Below, in pieces: positions 34,707 through 47,745 of a DNA stretch of 64,000 nt. Source of the stretch: Okamejei kenojei (lineage: Eukaryota); assembly GCA_035221665.1 (NCBI GenBank), contig CM069156.1, forward strand, positions 27,218,001-27,282,000, read 5' to 3'. The stretch's first letter is position 1. Each line of letters starts with the position of its first letter. The translations under genes were made by a program, and so were the position numbers. A model generated the notes under the pieces. The model worked only from the letters and a program-made list of their open reading frames with translations, did no database searches and was not told the DNA's origin.

Positions 34707-36519
34707 TAACACTGTATTTTAGGTGTGTGGTTGTGAGAGGGACTGGGGAATTATCAGGTTCGACCCTTGGGCTGACAGCTGAGTCTAGTGAAGCCGTCAG
34801 CTGAGGTCAAAATTAGCCTTAACTTTTATAGATGAAGAAGATAAAACCAAGTTCCCACCTTGTCACTGAAAGGAGCATATGCATAGATGTGAAAAACAAA
34901 ATTAGACTTGTTTGTGACTCCTCCCTTAATTGGATATCTTGTTTGTGTCTAAGTTTGCACATCAGGAATGACTGGGTTACTTATTGAAAGCTGCTCAGTG
35001 CCCATAGAAACTGTAGTTCCACAGGAATTGACACATATTGACCCCTTTTATGGTGAGATTCATCCCATGGAATCCATAACCCAGCATGAATGCATTCAGT
35101 CCCTTGTACACACATGCTGTGCATGTTGCAATGACAGTGCCCCTGCTGCCCATGCCCAATGACAGCTGATGCATGTGTAGTCCATCATAAAATGGTAGTT
35201 AGTGACCACGGATGCTGAATATGCCCTTGGACATAATGCCTTGAAGATTTGGACACGGGCAAGTTAGGCCCAAGGGCCTGTTTCCGTGCTGTATAACTCT
35301 ATGACTCTATTTAGACTCTTTGGGATGTGTACCCCCCAATGTATACTTTCAGAAGAAAACTGGACGAATGTAGATCATTTAACTTTGACTGACGTCTTTT
35401 CTGGCCACCTTGGGTAGGTGTGTGTTCTAGTTCCGGACTACTACAGTGTCATTAGTGCCTAGTGTTGTGGACCTATTTGGGCAGGGTGATAGATTTACGT
35501 CTAGGTTCGGATCTGAAGCTTGCTGCAATTGCTTTTCTGGAAGCCTGCCCTCTCAACTCCCTGATCACAGGTTTGTAAAGCAAACTTCAGACTTTGACTG
35601 TTTGCTTTGGCAGACCCTGAACTGCTGCGATGATCTGTAAAGTGGATTTTATATTTGGATATTTTAGTTGGCAGTGGTTAAAAGCCATGCCGCTGATTAC
35701 AGGCCCAGATGTCACTGCACACATCGCTGTTCAGCGTTAACCCAACTTTAAAGTTTTAATATTAATTAGCAAAGGATAATCTCTACTGTCTTACTATTAC
35801 TTTCCCCCATCCCCCTAACTGGTCTGATCACTTTCTTTGAACTAGCACTGTCCCTGTGTCTCGACAGGTATCATGAGAAAGTTGCCTCATTGAGAAGTTT
35901 GTTTTCCAAAGGAAGTTTATCACTCGGGTTGTCTTGGCTGCTGACACCAGATTCTTCACTTCCTGTAATAAGAAGGTTATGCAGATGAAGTGGATACAAA
36001 GAGGTTTGAGACCACGTACACAGTACTGATATTTCATCTCGCCGGCCTTCCTTGCCTGCCTGCAGCAGTCCGTATTAGTTCACATTATTAAAAATGAATA
36101 ACTCGGTGGATGCAAATTAATAATCCAATGTCTGTCCGTCACCTCTCACATCAAGGAGGGTGGCACTGGGACAAATAATTCCACCTGGTGCTCACTCTGT
36201 GCCATTGTCCCCTTGTTCCTCTTTCCAACCTCTGCTGTATCGTAGGAGCTTTTGTTTCAGAAAGTCTATCAGACTGGAAACCCATGGACATTGACAATGC
36301 AAGACTGTTTCCTGGCCCAGTCGTTTGTGCTGTAAAACTTGTAACATGATTACTGAAGAGTCCACTGTGAGGTCCTTGAAGTCCCAAATGGATTAGAGTG
36401 GGCGAGAAGAAAGTATCTGTGGCCCGTCTATTAAAACTTTCATTCATGCTATGATTTTTTAAATGGTAAACATGTATCACAGTGGATAGTGAGACAAGCT
36501 GGCTGATAAGGTTCCTGCT

Positions 36520-36828
36520 AGTTTTAGTGTTTTAGTTTAGAGATACAGCGCGGAGTCAGGCCCTTCGCCCCACCAAGTCCGCGCCAACCAGCGGGTTCCG
36601 CATACTTACACCTTCACTATCTATCCTATACACACTAGCAACGATTTACAATTTTACCAAAGCCACTACAAACCTGTACGTTTTTGGAGTGTGGGACGAA
36701 ACCGGAGCACCCGGAGAAAGCCCAGGCAGGTCACAGGGAGAACGTACAAACTCTGTACAGACAGCGCGCACGGTCAGGATCGAACCCGGGTCTTTGGCGT
36801 TGTAAGGCAGCAGCTCTACCGCAGCGCT
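36520..36828 (-). mobile_element. HE1-type V-SINE, young
   Basis: tttagtttagagatacagcgcgg..aggcccttcg...ggagtgtgggacgaaaccggagcacccggagaaa...ggtcaggatcgaacccgggtc. Confidence 0.9.
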
Positions 36829-36949
36829 GGGATTTCCAATTCCAGAAAGTGGGACCAACCTGCTCAAAAAATGCAAGAGAAAGACTGTTTGTTAATAAAA
36901 GACCTTGCACCATCTCAGCACATCCCTTAGCTCCTCACACATATCAAAA

Positions 36950-37300
36950 TAATCATGAAGCACGGTCATTGCAGTTTTGTGAGGAATGCAGAATGTAATT
37001 AGTGCACAAACAAAATCTCACAAACAACACCAGATTATGAACTATTGACTCTTACAGAGAAGGCCAAATTGTTGGCCAGGTATACAGGGACACCTCTCTG
37101 GATAATGCCGTGAGATCTTTTTGGTTAACAGACCGTGTCTCCACCCTGAAAGACAACGTCTCTGGCAGTACAGCATTCCTAGAGCTCCACTTTAGAAATC
37201 AGACAAAGTTTTGTCCTTTAGTCTCGAAAAGACTTGAACCCCTAGACCTCATGAATCAGAATGCCACTGATGGAGCCAAAGCTACTGAGCAATTCCATAC
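36950..37300 (-). mobile_element. Deu-domain SINE (SacSINE1-like) relic
   Basis: ttggccagg...gccgtgagatctttt...tgaaagacaacgtctctggcagtacagcattcc...gacttgaaccc...gagcca; the tRNA head lies at the right end. Confidence 0.6.
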
Positions 37301-38759
37301 TGAGACTCCATAGTCTGACAGGCTCAGCACAGTGACCCAGTTTGCTGAACGATAGTCTCACAGCTCCAGTGACCTATGTCCCATCCTGATCTCCGATGCT
37401 CTCTCTGTGGAGTTTGCACATTCTCCCGGTGACTGCATGGCTTGCCCCAGGGTACTATATAGTGGAATGAAGAACGAGAGGCCATAGGTTTAAGGTGAGA
37501 GGGGAAAGATTTTAAAACAACAGGACAATGTTTTCACTCTATCAGATTTGTAAATCATGATATCCCATGCACAAGGCCACGCTGATTATCCCTAATCAGT
37601 CCATGCCTATCCAAATAGTGGCAGATCCTGACCCTAGTAATCCCCTCCAACAACTTGCCCACTATTGACATCAGGCCAAAGGGCCTGTTTCCACATAAAA
37701 TCTCTCTATGACTTTAACTCCATACAGTAATTTATCATCTAGGTTTTCCAGAGAGGGCAGTAAGCTCACTGTATTAATGTCAGGACTCAGTTTAGAAACT
37801 GAAAGAGACATAGAAAGGTCTAAAGCCTTGGGCAGAGCCATGTCAGGTTTAATAATTTCTTCACTCTATCATCCCACCTGCAAGTATCGCCTGCCCCATT
37901 TAGACACCAATTGTCTGCTGTATAATACAACTGACAAGGGCAGGACCTTGCCCCTGAATTGAGGAGATACCTTTAGGCCGCCTGGCCATCCTTGCAGAAG
38001 CTGCTAGAAGGCCACCGGCCTTTGTGCAGGAGGACTCACACTGTTAAAAGGGAAACCGAGACAGGATTAGTTTTCTTGAGAAAATACAGATCTCCAGTTG
38101 CAGGAGAAAGGAAAAACAACTCTAGTTAAATTGACAGGCTTGAGTCGCAATGAATTATAAAGGACAAGTGTCCAAGTTATGGAGAAATATATTTCTGCAT
38201 TTCTGTTCTATAGATTTGTTGATTGCAGGTTTGCATGTTAATTGGCTCTATAAATTGCCCCTTGTATGTAGGGAGTGGATGTGAAAGTGCAATGGCGGAG
38301 TGGACTAGTTAGCCTAATTCTGCTCCTATCACTTACTGTATGACCTTATGGACTAATGTGAACAGGTGACTGATGGTCGGCCTAGACTCGGTGGGCCGAG
38401 TTTCCATGCTGTATTTTTCAAGTCCATCAGAGCATGTTTCATGCTAATTCTATCAGAGGATTCAAAGGAAAGTTTGTTAGGCAGGGAATTGACCAAAGGG
38501 ATTGAGGGTAAATGCCTGCGCTGACACAGGTTTGATTTTAGAGGTGAGAGATTCCAAGGTGTCCTGGGTGGCGAGCCAGCCATTTTAACAGTGCTAGTAT
38601 TGTCCCATAATTCAAGCTAAAGAATGATTGGTGTACTGGGATAAACAGCTCTGTCCAATCATTTCCACGAGCTTTCATCATAAGACCTTTCGTTACCCTG
38701 GCACCCGCTCTGCTATTTCTGGCACCTTCACCACACCATGATCCCTCTACTCACAGCCA

Positions 38760-38809
38760 ACGAGGTTGGCAAGGCCAGGATTCGACGAGGCTGGCAAGGC
38801 CAGGATTTA
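38760..38809 (+). repeat. 25-bp tandem duplication
   Basis: acgaggttggcaaggccaggattcg / acgaggctggcaaggccaggattta. Confidence 0.9.
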
Positions 38810-39374
38810 CTGCCCTTGTGAAGATGGGGGTGAGTCACCTTCTTGATTTGCTGGAATCTATGCGGTGAAAATAATTCTACAGTAACATTGGTTCAGAAGT
38901 TCCAAGGGTTTGGCCCGGAATGAGGGAATAACAACACACTTTGAAGTCAGTGTGGTTTGTGACCATATGAGGGAAACGTGCAACTAATTGCATGCCAGCT
39001 GCCCTTATCCTTTAAGCGTTGAAAGAACACTGGCAAATTGTACGTTGCTGAATATTTATAGCCCTGATTATCAGTTGAACAACCTTTCTGCCTCATCTCC
39101 AATATTTTTGTGAGATAAACAAAAGAAATTACAAGCAATCAGACCGTCCTGGAGAAGTGACAATCCAAGTTTGGACTCTGGCAGTGCTTTGTGCAAATTC
39201 CCTGTTGATTCTCAACCTACTTAAAGTAAAGGTTGAGAAGGCTCAGAGATACCAGTGGTCTAATGTCAGAAGCTGAATATGAACCTCGGCAGACCCAGTG
39301 TAGGAGCTGTGTATCAATTGTGTGGCCAGCACAGGCCTACAGTTGATGCACACCTAAACTAAAATAAACTAAAC

Positions 39375-39552
39375 TCAAGGAACTAAGGGAGAGTTAGATA
39401 GAGCTCTGGGGCTAGTGGAATCAACAGATATGGGGAGAAGGCAGGCACGGGTTATTGATAATAGACGATCAGCCATGATCACAATGAGTGGCGGTGCTGG
39501 CTCGAAGGGCCGAATGGCCTCCTCCTGCACCTATTTTCTATGTTTCTATGTT
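39375..39552 (+). mobile_element. Young CR1-type 3' end
   Basis: gatatggggagaaggcagg...gctcgaagggccgaatggcctcctcctgcacctattttctatgtttctatg. Confidence 0.8.
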
Positions 39553-42403
39553 TGTAAGCACAACCAGTGAGAGATCACTGATGAAGAAAAGGAGCTGCAA
39601 CTTTGTTAGCCCCTTAAACTGCCTCAGCATTTTTCATAGCATTTTACAGTTAATTAAATATATCTTTGAAGTGTAGGCCCTGTTGTAGATGGGGTAGATG
39701 CATTTAAGAGGCTTTTAGATAGGCATGTGGATATGCAGTGAGGGATATAGATCATGCAGGCAGAGGAGATTGGTTTAACCTGGCATCATGTTCGGTACAG
39801 ACATTGTGGGCCAAAGAGCCTTTTCCTGTGCTGTACTGGGTTATATGTTCTATGTCTGTTTTTATAATTAGTGGGGGATTACACTGGCACTCTTTCCCCT
39901 TTTGCTCTCAACTCCGCAGGGAGCCTCTGTTCCTCAATGGAATGTGAGAGGAAAGCAAGCCATTCAAAGTAATTCCTCACTGGTGAAACATCAGGTCATG
40001 TGGAGGTTGGAGTCTGAACCTGCAGTGACTCTGGCAGGTGGAGAGACAAGACAGAATAAAAATAGCACTAGGAAAATCTCATTAAAATGTGGGTCTGAAA
40101 TCAATTGAATGTCCAAGTGGCTCACTGGATATGTGCACTTGTATGCATGTGCACTTTGTGTGTGATTCTGTCAAGATGTATGGGCAGGCAGAGAAAGCCA
40201 TAAGTGTCCGAGTTTGTACCTCATCCCTGCATGCACCTCTTTTTCAGGGGTAAACAGGGGCTCAGGGTCTGCATGCACTACCTCTCTGGCAAATAGGACT
40301 GGTGTGTAATGGGCCAATTGGATAACAACTCAAGCGGCTTTGAGTTTAGGACCCTGTTCAAAGATTTAACCAGAGAAAATCGGTTGATCAATGCAGTGCT
40401 GAGGGATAACTACTTTTTTTTGTTAAGTCATGAAAGATGCTATCCAGAAAGGGAGTGGAGATGTGATAGCTATAGGTGGAAGTTTCTGGCAGCAGCTTTG
40501 GGAAAAATCTGCTTCCATTGCCCCATTTCTGTGGTGCTAACGCACACCTCTCTGTGCCTGAGATCAGAGTTAGGTTCCCCAACTGCGGACGATGTTCACC
40601 GTTCAACATGAAACACCATCACTTTCTCCCAAGGAAATCACACTTGCTTGTTCCCCACAGCCTTGCACACGGACTTTTACGTGTTGTTAGATATGATTGG
40701 GTGATTTGTGAGACATTTAGAAGATACAATGGGGTAATTAAAGAGGCTTTTAAAATATATGATAGAGACATTTAAGAGGCTTTTAGAAGATACAATAGAG
40801 GCATTTAAGAGGCTTTAAATAGGCACATGGATATGCAAGGAATGGAGGGATATGGATCATATGCAGGCAGAGGAAGAATTGTTTAACTTGACTTCATGCT
40901 TGGCACAGACAGCTGAAGAGCCCAGTTCCTGCGCTGTTCTGCTCCATGTGTTATGTACTGCAATGTCGGCAGGTGGCCATGGAGGCCAGATCCCGGTTAG
41001 TTCCCTCCTCATCCTGTCATTAAAGCAGCATATCAAATCCGAACCACTTTGCCAACAGGTCACAGAGTCAGTGCCCTAAGGGTTCGCCCGTCGCGTTGGC
41101 ATCGTGCTCTTACGGGTCAGAGTCCTCAAGATGGGCTCACCCTCCTGCGGCACCCACACCCTCGTCCACCCCAGTCTGCCCTGACTCTCAGCATCTGTCA
41201 GTAGCCATCAGTGTGTTGTGAGACTGCACAGCCTCACTCAAGGGCTGTGACAGCCAAGAACTCTATCCTTAGAACACTGAGCACTTAATCATCTCCCAGC
41301 TTTATCGCTGCACACGCACACTTCCTGCACAGGGCAAACAGTGCAGCTAGAAAAACTGGATCAATGCAGTCAGGAATAATCTCGCATGACAAACAGTTGA
41401 CAGCTTTGTTCTCCAAGCCGAGAAGGTTAAGGAGAGAATTATTAGAAGTATTCAAATATCATGAAAGTTTTGATAGGATAAATAAGGAGACACTGTTTCT
41501 AATGGAAGGAGACTGGGGCAGAGAACGCAGATTTAGAGTTACTGGAACGAAGTAAAAGAATGATGGTTCGTTGTGAATTAAATGATCTGGAACATGGCAT
41601 TAGAAACAGTGGTGTTGGCAGATTCAATTGTAACTGTCCAAAGAAAGTAAGTGAATAGGAAAATAACGCAGGACAATGCCAAGATACAGGAGTCATCTTG
41701 TAATACAAGGAACACAGGATAGATCTTTCAAAGGGCTGGCACATGGCTTCCAGAGTTGCGTGATTATACGATGATTCATGGTATATGTAATCATCTACTA
41801 GTTCCTTACTCTTCTGCAACCAGAAGGCCGCTAGTTCGGTTGTCTAGTGCTCTGTTCATTCATTGATCACCGTTCTGACTGGGCAATTCTTGGGCACAAC
41901 CACAACCCAGTGCTGCCCTTTTCCCTCAGGGCTGCAGAAGGAGGCATGTGAACAGGACACTGCACTTTACAGGGAGAGGAATTCCAATCAGAGTTCCTCC
42001 ACTGCTGTCTGAACCTTGATGAAAATTGGAATTAACCTACCAGTGGGGTGGGGGGGTTATAGGAAGGGTGAAACCCATCTGGGATTATAAATTGACCCCT
42101 TTGGAAGCATCATGTTTGCCTGTCCACTCATGACACCATACATTTAGATTCAGTGACTGTCCAAAGGGTAGATAAACTCATGCCATACACTCTAATGTGT
42201 GGTATGGAATTGAGCAAGATCCCTCTAAATTGGTGTCCACCAGCAGTCCATCTCTATCAGCACGTCCACAGCACACCTAGGCACAGGTCACCCAACGACA
42301 GAGCGCTTTAGACACCAAACATGCAAAAGATGTACCTCCAAAGTGTACCGCACCTATCTTATACAATGTCCCATAGTCTACTCGTAAATGGGCCACTGAA
42401 TAA

Positions 42404-42742
<339 letters not shown>

Positions 42743-44859
42743 TAAACCTTGTAGAGAAACTGAGATAACAACTTGGAGAGACTCTTACGTGGACAACGGA
42801 ATCATGACCACCCTACAATAAAAGCAATATGCTATCAATATCGGTAGGTTTCAGAAGTCTTAAAAATGGCATTTAAAAACTTAAATAGAAAATGTATTCC
42901 CATTCCCTTTATTAGTTTTCAAGACACTTTGGTCGTCTTCACGAGCCACTGTGCAAAAAATCTATCCTTACATTTTCAAGGCACAGGCACTAAATTATCT
43001 GAGGTTTTAGCCGTATCAGAGTTTATGATAAACTAACCAGACCAGACATCACCCCCATGACCCATTTTACTTTTCATTGGTCAACTTGCTAAACAGGTGC
43101 CAAAACTGATGAAAACGTTTCATATTTACCTACAACACAGAAGGAGAGCCTTCAGCCCATTATTTGTGTTAACAATCCCATCAATCCCCTCCCTCCTATA
43201 TTTCCCTGCAACCTATTGTCTCGCATATGCCCATTAACACCTGCCACTGATTTACCTACCATCCATCTGCATGTAAGTCAATTTACAGTGGCCAATTAAC
43301 TGAACGGCCTGCACATCTTCTGGATATGGCAAGGAACTGGGGCACCCTGGGAAAGCCCATAAGGAGTGCCTGTAAACTCTGCAAAGACAGTATCCACGAT
43401 CAGAATTGAAGAGGGTCAGTAGAGGTGCCGTATCACATGCACCCTGATTGTGTCTATTTCCCTCTGAGTGCTGTGGGCTGAAATTATGCCCTGATTGTGC
43501 AACTTGCATCCAGGGACACTCAGCTTCTTGCCCATTAGACAGACCGCTTATAAAAGAGCCCAGTTGAGGTGTGCCATAGGTTGGAAACCAGCACACATCA
43601 AATAACCCAGCAGAGCCTGGTGAAATTCAGCAGAGAAATTCCCTCTGCTCTCAAGTTGTAAACGGTCACTTTGAGCTGATCTGGTTTGGGCACATCCGAT
43701 ATACACACTTTGATGTGTGGCCTGACTCCAGTATTTGCTTCAGGTTGCAACAGCCCCCCCCCCCCCCCCCCCACATGCTGTGATAACCTCAAGACCTGAG
43801 ACATTCACAGTTAGAATAAGTCCATATGATGCAGTTACTGGATTGGGTGGTCCTAGTAGATGCCATTGGATTGGATCATCATTGAAGAGCAAACTTCACA
43901 GAAAGCTCTCCAAAGAGGACCAATTACAGAAGTCTCTTCACCTTACCGTGCCTCAGCATGGAGGCTGTCACATTACTGTCATTTCTTTATTCAGAGCACA
44001 GCCACCATCAAAGCCTTGAGCAAAACATAAAATGGTGGAGGAACTCAGCAGGTCAGGGCAGGATCTGTGGATGAATGGATAAAAGACGCTTTGGGTCGGG
44101 ACTCTTCTTTCAGACTTCAGACCCTTCTTTGTGTTTTGCTCAAGATTCCAGCATCTGGTGTTCCTCGTGTTTCCATCAAACCGAGACTTTGATCCCACTC
44201 CCAATGGTCCTACTCTTGCCCTTCTGTCTGGGTGTGAAGTTAGCGACTTCGACCTTCTAGCTCAACCTTTCTGATGTTCTGCCTTACATCCCAAAGAAAC
44301 CCAGCAGCCTTCAGTGGAACTCCTGGCACTGAGTATCCATACTTACTGGGTTGAGTAAATTTCTGACAGTCCTAGAGTCATACAGTGTGGAAAAGGCCCT
44401 TCAGCCCAACTTGGCCGCACCGACCCACAGTCAACCTATGCTGCCAGTTAAATATTGGAATTTTGGGTGGGGGGAGCAGAGGATATGGAAGATGGGGGCA
44501 GGATATAAAAATTGAGACTGATTTGGCTCATTGGCTCACAGGTTGTTTACTGTTCCCTGTGAAGGAGGTATTCAGCCCATTAGATTCCTGACAAATAATA
44601 ACTTCATGAAAAACACTGAAGAATGTGCTGACATGCTTGCAGTCTGACATCCATTAATCCATTTTTAGTGTAAGAACCGCAGAGATTGGCCGGGGCAGGC
44701 TGGCTGTATCTTATCATGCGACTCTCTGACCCTGCACAACATCCCTTCCCCCACAAACGGCATGGTCAGTGCACGGCCACCTTATTTGACACATTCAGAA
44801 CAGAAACCTTAGTGCAGCTTGATCTATGGCTCTGGTCATGTGCAGGTGATATTCAGTTC

Positions 44860-45320
44860 CAATTAACATGGAACAGTACAGCACAGGAAAAGGCCTTTCA
44901 ACCAACAATGTTGGTTTAAACTAATTAGTTAAACTAATCTTCTCTGCCTGCATGTGATCCATAACCCTCCATTCCCTACAAATTAGTGTGCCCATCTAAA
45001 AGCCTCTCAAATGCCACTGTAGTACCTGCCTCCACCACCAACCCTGGTAGCACATTCCTGGCAACCACCACCATCTGTATAACTTGCCCCACACATCTCA
45101 TTTAAACTCTCCTCCTTCCCACCTTCTATCCTATTTATGCCTCTCATCATTTCATACACTTCCATTAAGTCTCTCCTCACCCTCCGGCATTCCAGAGAAA
45201 ACAATCCGTTTGTCCCAATCTTGCCTTGTAGCCAATACCCTTGAACCCATTCAGCATTCTGGTAAACCTCCCCAAAACCTCTCCAAAACCCTTTCCAAAG
45301 CCTCCATATCATTTCTTGTA
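44860..45320 (-). mobile_element. CR1-type LINE 3' fragment
   Basis: Minus translation GLFSLECRRVRRDLMEVYEMMRGINRI, plus tail. Confidence 0.85.
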
Positions 45321-47174
45321 ATTACACATTTATTCTGCCTCATGTTTACTTCTTGCTCCATTGCCTTAGCCAGAATAGCTGATGAGTCAACCAGTGAAGT
45401 TGTTGGCTGATTTCTCACCCTGCCCTTTTCGACAAACTGCTGTCATCAAACCCATGACTGGGTTTCCACTGCTGCGATTGTACCTGCAAACTGATATAGA
45501 CCCAGAGATTTCATCTGCTTCCAAATTCCCTGAACCTATTCTCTGTCGCTCAACCTGTCCGTGCTCACATCGACAGACCCAATGATATGATAAGTGGCTC
45601 TGTCAGTAGTTTTACAATTGGTGAGGAAAAGTGTTCAAAGTAACATCTCCATTGGTTATTCTGCTGGTTGATGATTGTGAGAGTGTGTTGGAACTTAGTC
45701 CTTGATGCCTGGAAGCTTCCTGGATATTAGTAGTAACCCATGTGTAGGGAGAAGGGAGAAATAGCACCTCGATTGACCACCTGATGAATGGCCAGGCATT
45801 GATACTTCAGGGACTCTCATCTCACTTTCCTCTTCTCCGTTAGCCAGTGAGTACCAGAGGCTGGAATTCCACCTTGTGGCAACGCAGCCTAGTCTGTGTG
45901 TGAGTGCCAGCAAACTGGCTGTCCATGGAAGGAAGGTCAGAGCCGAGCCCACAGTGTCTGGAGCAGCACTTGAAAGCCTTGTTCCCTTCCGGTTCAAGTG
46001 CCTTATCTGCATTTCATGCTGGCTTCTGAGCCCTATGACTAGTGCTGGGTGGGAGTGAGTCATGGGGGGAGCTTAGAGGAATAAGGAAGAGGAAATATCA
46101 GCATCTCTGAAACTTCCAAAGAACAATAACAAATCAAGTTTATATAGTGCTTTTAACACATCAAATATTCAAAGGAATGTGATTTGAAGGTAGCCGGAAA
46201 GACGCCAGGACAGATGACCAGTAGCTTGGCCAAAGAGGCAGGTGAGTCTACACTCCAGAACCAAGATTACTCCATCCGGCAAGCTGTTTATTTTCTCTTT
46301 TCCATTATCAGGTGTACCAGGGTACAGTGAAACACTTTTTTTGCATGCAGCTCAGCAACAATAAGCGCAATCCCCCGGTTAATCCAGAATGTACAGAACA
46401 TCCCACTGAGACTATATGCAAAAGGCGGCATTTAGGCACCATTTTACAGTTCCAGCTGCAGCTGGCCACAAAGGCCCGTTGCAGCCGACGCATCCCCCGG
46501 TCGTCTGGCGAACCGTTTGCCCCTCTCCCTCCACTTGTTCCCCAGGTGGGTGCCACGTGTGGCTCGCAGGGATTCCTTTACTCACGCATGGTACGATTTA
46601 CCTGGATAGCATGCAAAACAAAGTATATCTCGGTACACGTGAGAATATAATAAACCAAAACCAAACCATCACGGAGTTACACTTCACGCAGAACGCTTCC
46701 ACACACCAGGAGGATGAGCTCCATTTTTTTGATTCTTGTACTGAGAGGATGTGCCTTGCACTGAATGGAAGTAAAAGGCCCATAAACAAGATCCTGAAAA
46801 GCGTGGATCACTTTCTGTCTGCCGGGAGCCACCTCTCAGCAAAAGACAAAACCCACCACTGCCCACATCGAGCCAGCACATTCTGGCAGACTGAGTGACA
46901 GATCAGGACCTTGAACCTTAAGCCGAACTCTTGATCTCAGGGTGCTGCAATGAGCACTGGTTTGGAGACATGGACATCTCACAACAGGTGCCCCAAAATG
47001 CCACCAACACTGTGTCGAGAAAATATTTCAGATTTCTTGGCAGAATTGGCAAACCAATGTCAGTATCCTCTCCTAAACAGATATCCCAGGCATTGAGGTT
47101 TTGATCATGCTCAATCAGCTCTGGCGTACAGAGCACATTGTCCACATGCCCGGCATGAGGCTTCCGGAACAAGT

Positions 47175-47745
47175 AGAGCACGAAGTACTGGAGGAACGCA
47201 GTGGGGTCAAGCAGCAATGGAGTCATGAGGTTTTGGGTTAGGACTCTTCAGACTGATTGGAATTGGGAAGAAAGCTGGAAAAAGCTTGACAAGTGATAGG
47301 TGCACTGGTGAGAGGGGTTTAATTGGCAGATGGGTGAAGTAAGTGACAAAGTCTAGAGGTGAAAAGGAGACAAAGGGGTGTCAGATGAGGAGAGGAGGAG
47401 TGAAATGTAAAGCGGGAGGAAAGGACGTGTATGGAAGGGGAAAATGGAAATGGAGGACTTGGGGATGGAAGATGAGTGCATGAAGGAGGGGGATGGAACA
47501 GGGGAACTGATGTGGGGGGGGGGGGAGATGAATGGTGGTATTCACCAATCACTTGCCAGAAATTATCCCACCCCCACCTCTCTATATCAGCTTTCACCCC
47601 CCTCTTCCACCCAGTCTGAAGAAGGGTGGCAAACTGAAACATCGCCTGTCCATTCCCACCACAGATGCTTCCTGGCCCGTTGAGTTCCTCCAGCACTTTG
47701 TGTTTTGCTCACGATTCCATCACCTGCAGTCTGTTGCGTCACCAT
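47175..47745. mobile_element. Divergent (inverted) pair of Penelope-like 3' UTR fragments
   Basis: The minus piece 47175-47530 and the plus piece 47540-47745 share aaagctg/cagcttt, gataggtg and cttcagact/agtctgaag motifs. Confidence 0.75.

Noticed and set aside
46290-46660. Acceptor-like ttttctcttttccattatcag followed by 112/160-aa ORFs
   Set aside because: The sequence after the AG matches the reverse strand of a LINE 3' end (gtgtaccagggtacagtgaa...ttttttgcat), and the peptide does not resemble BCAS3.
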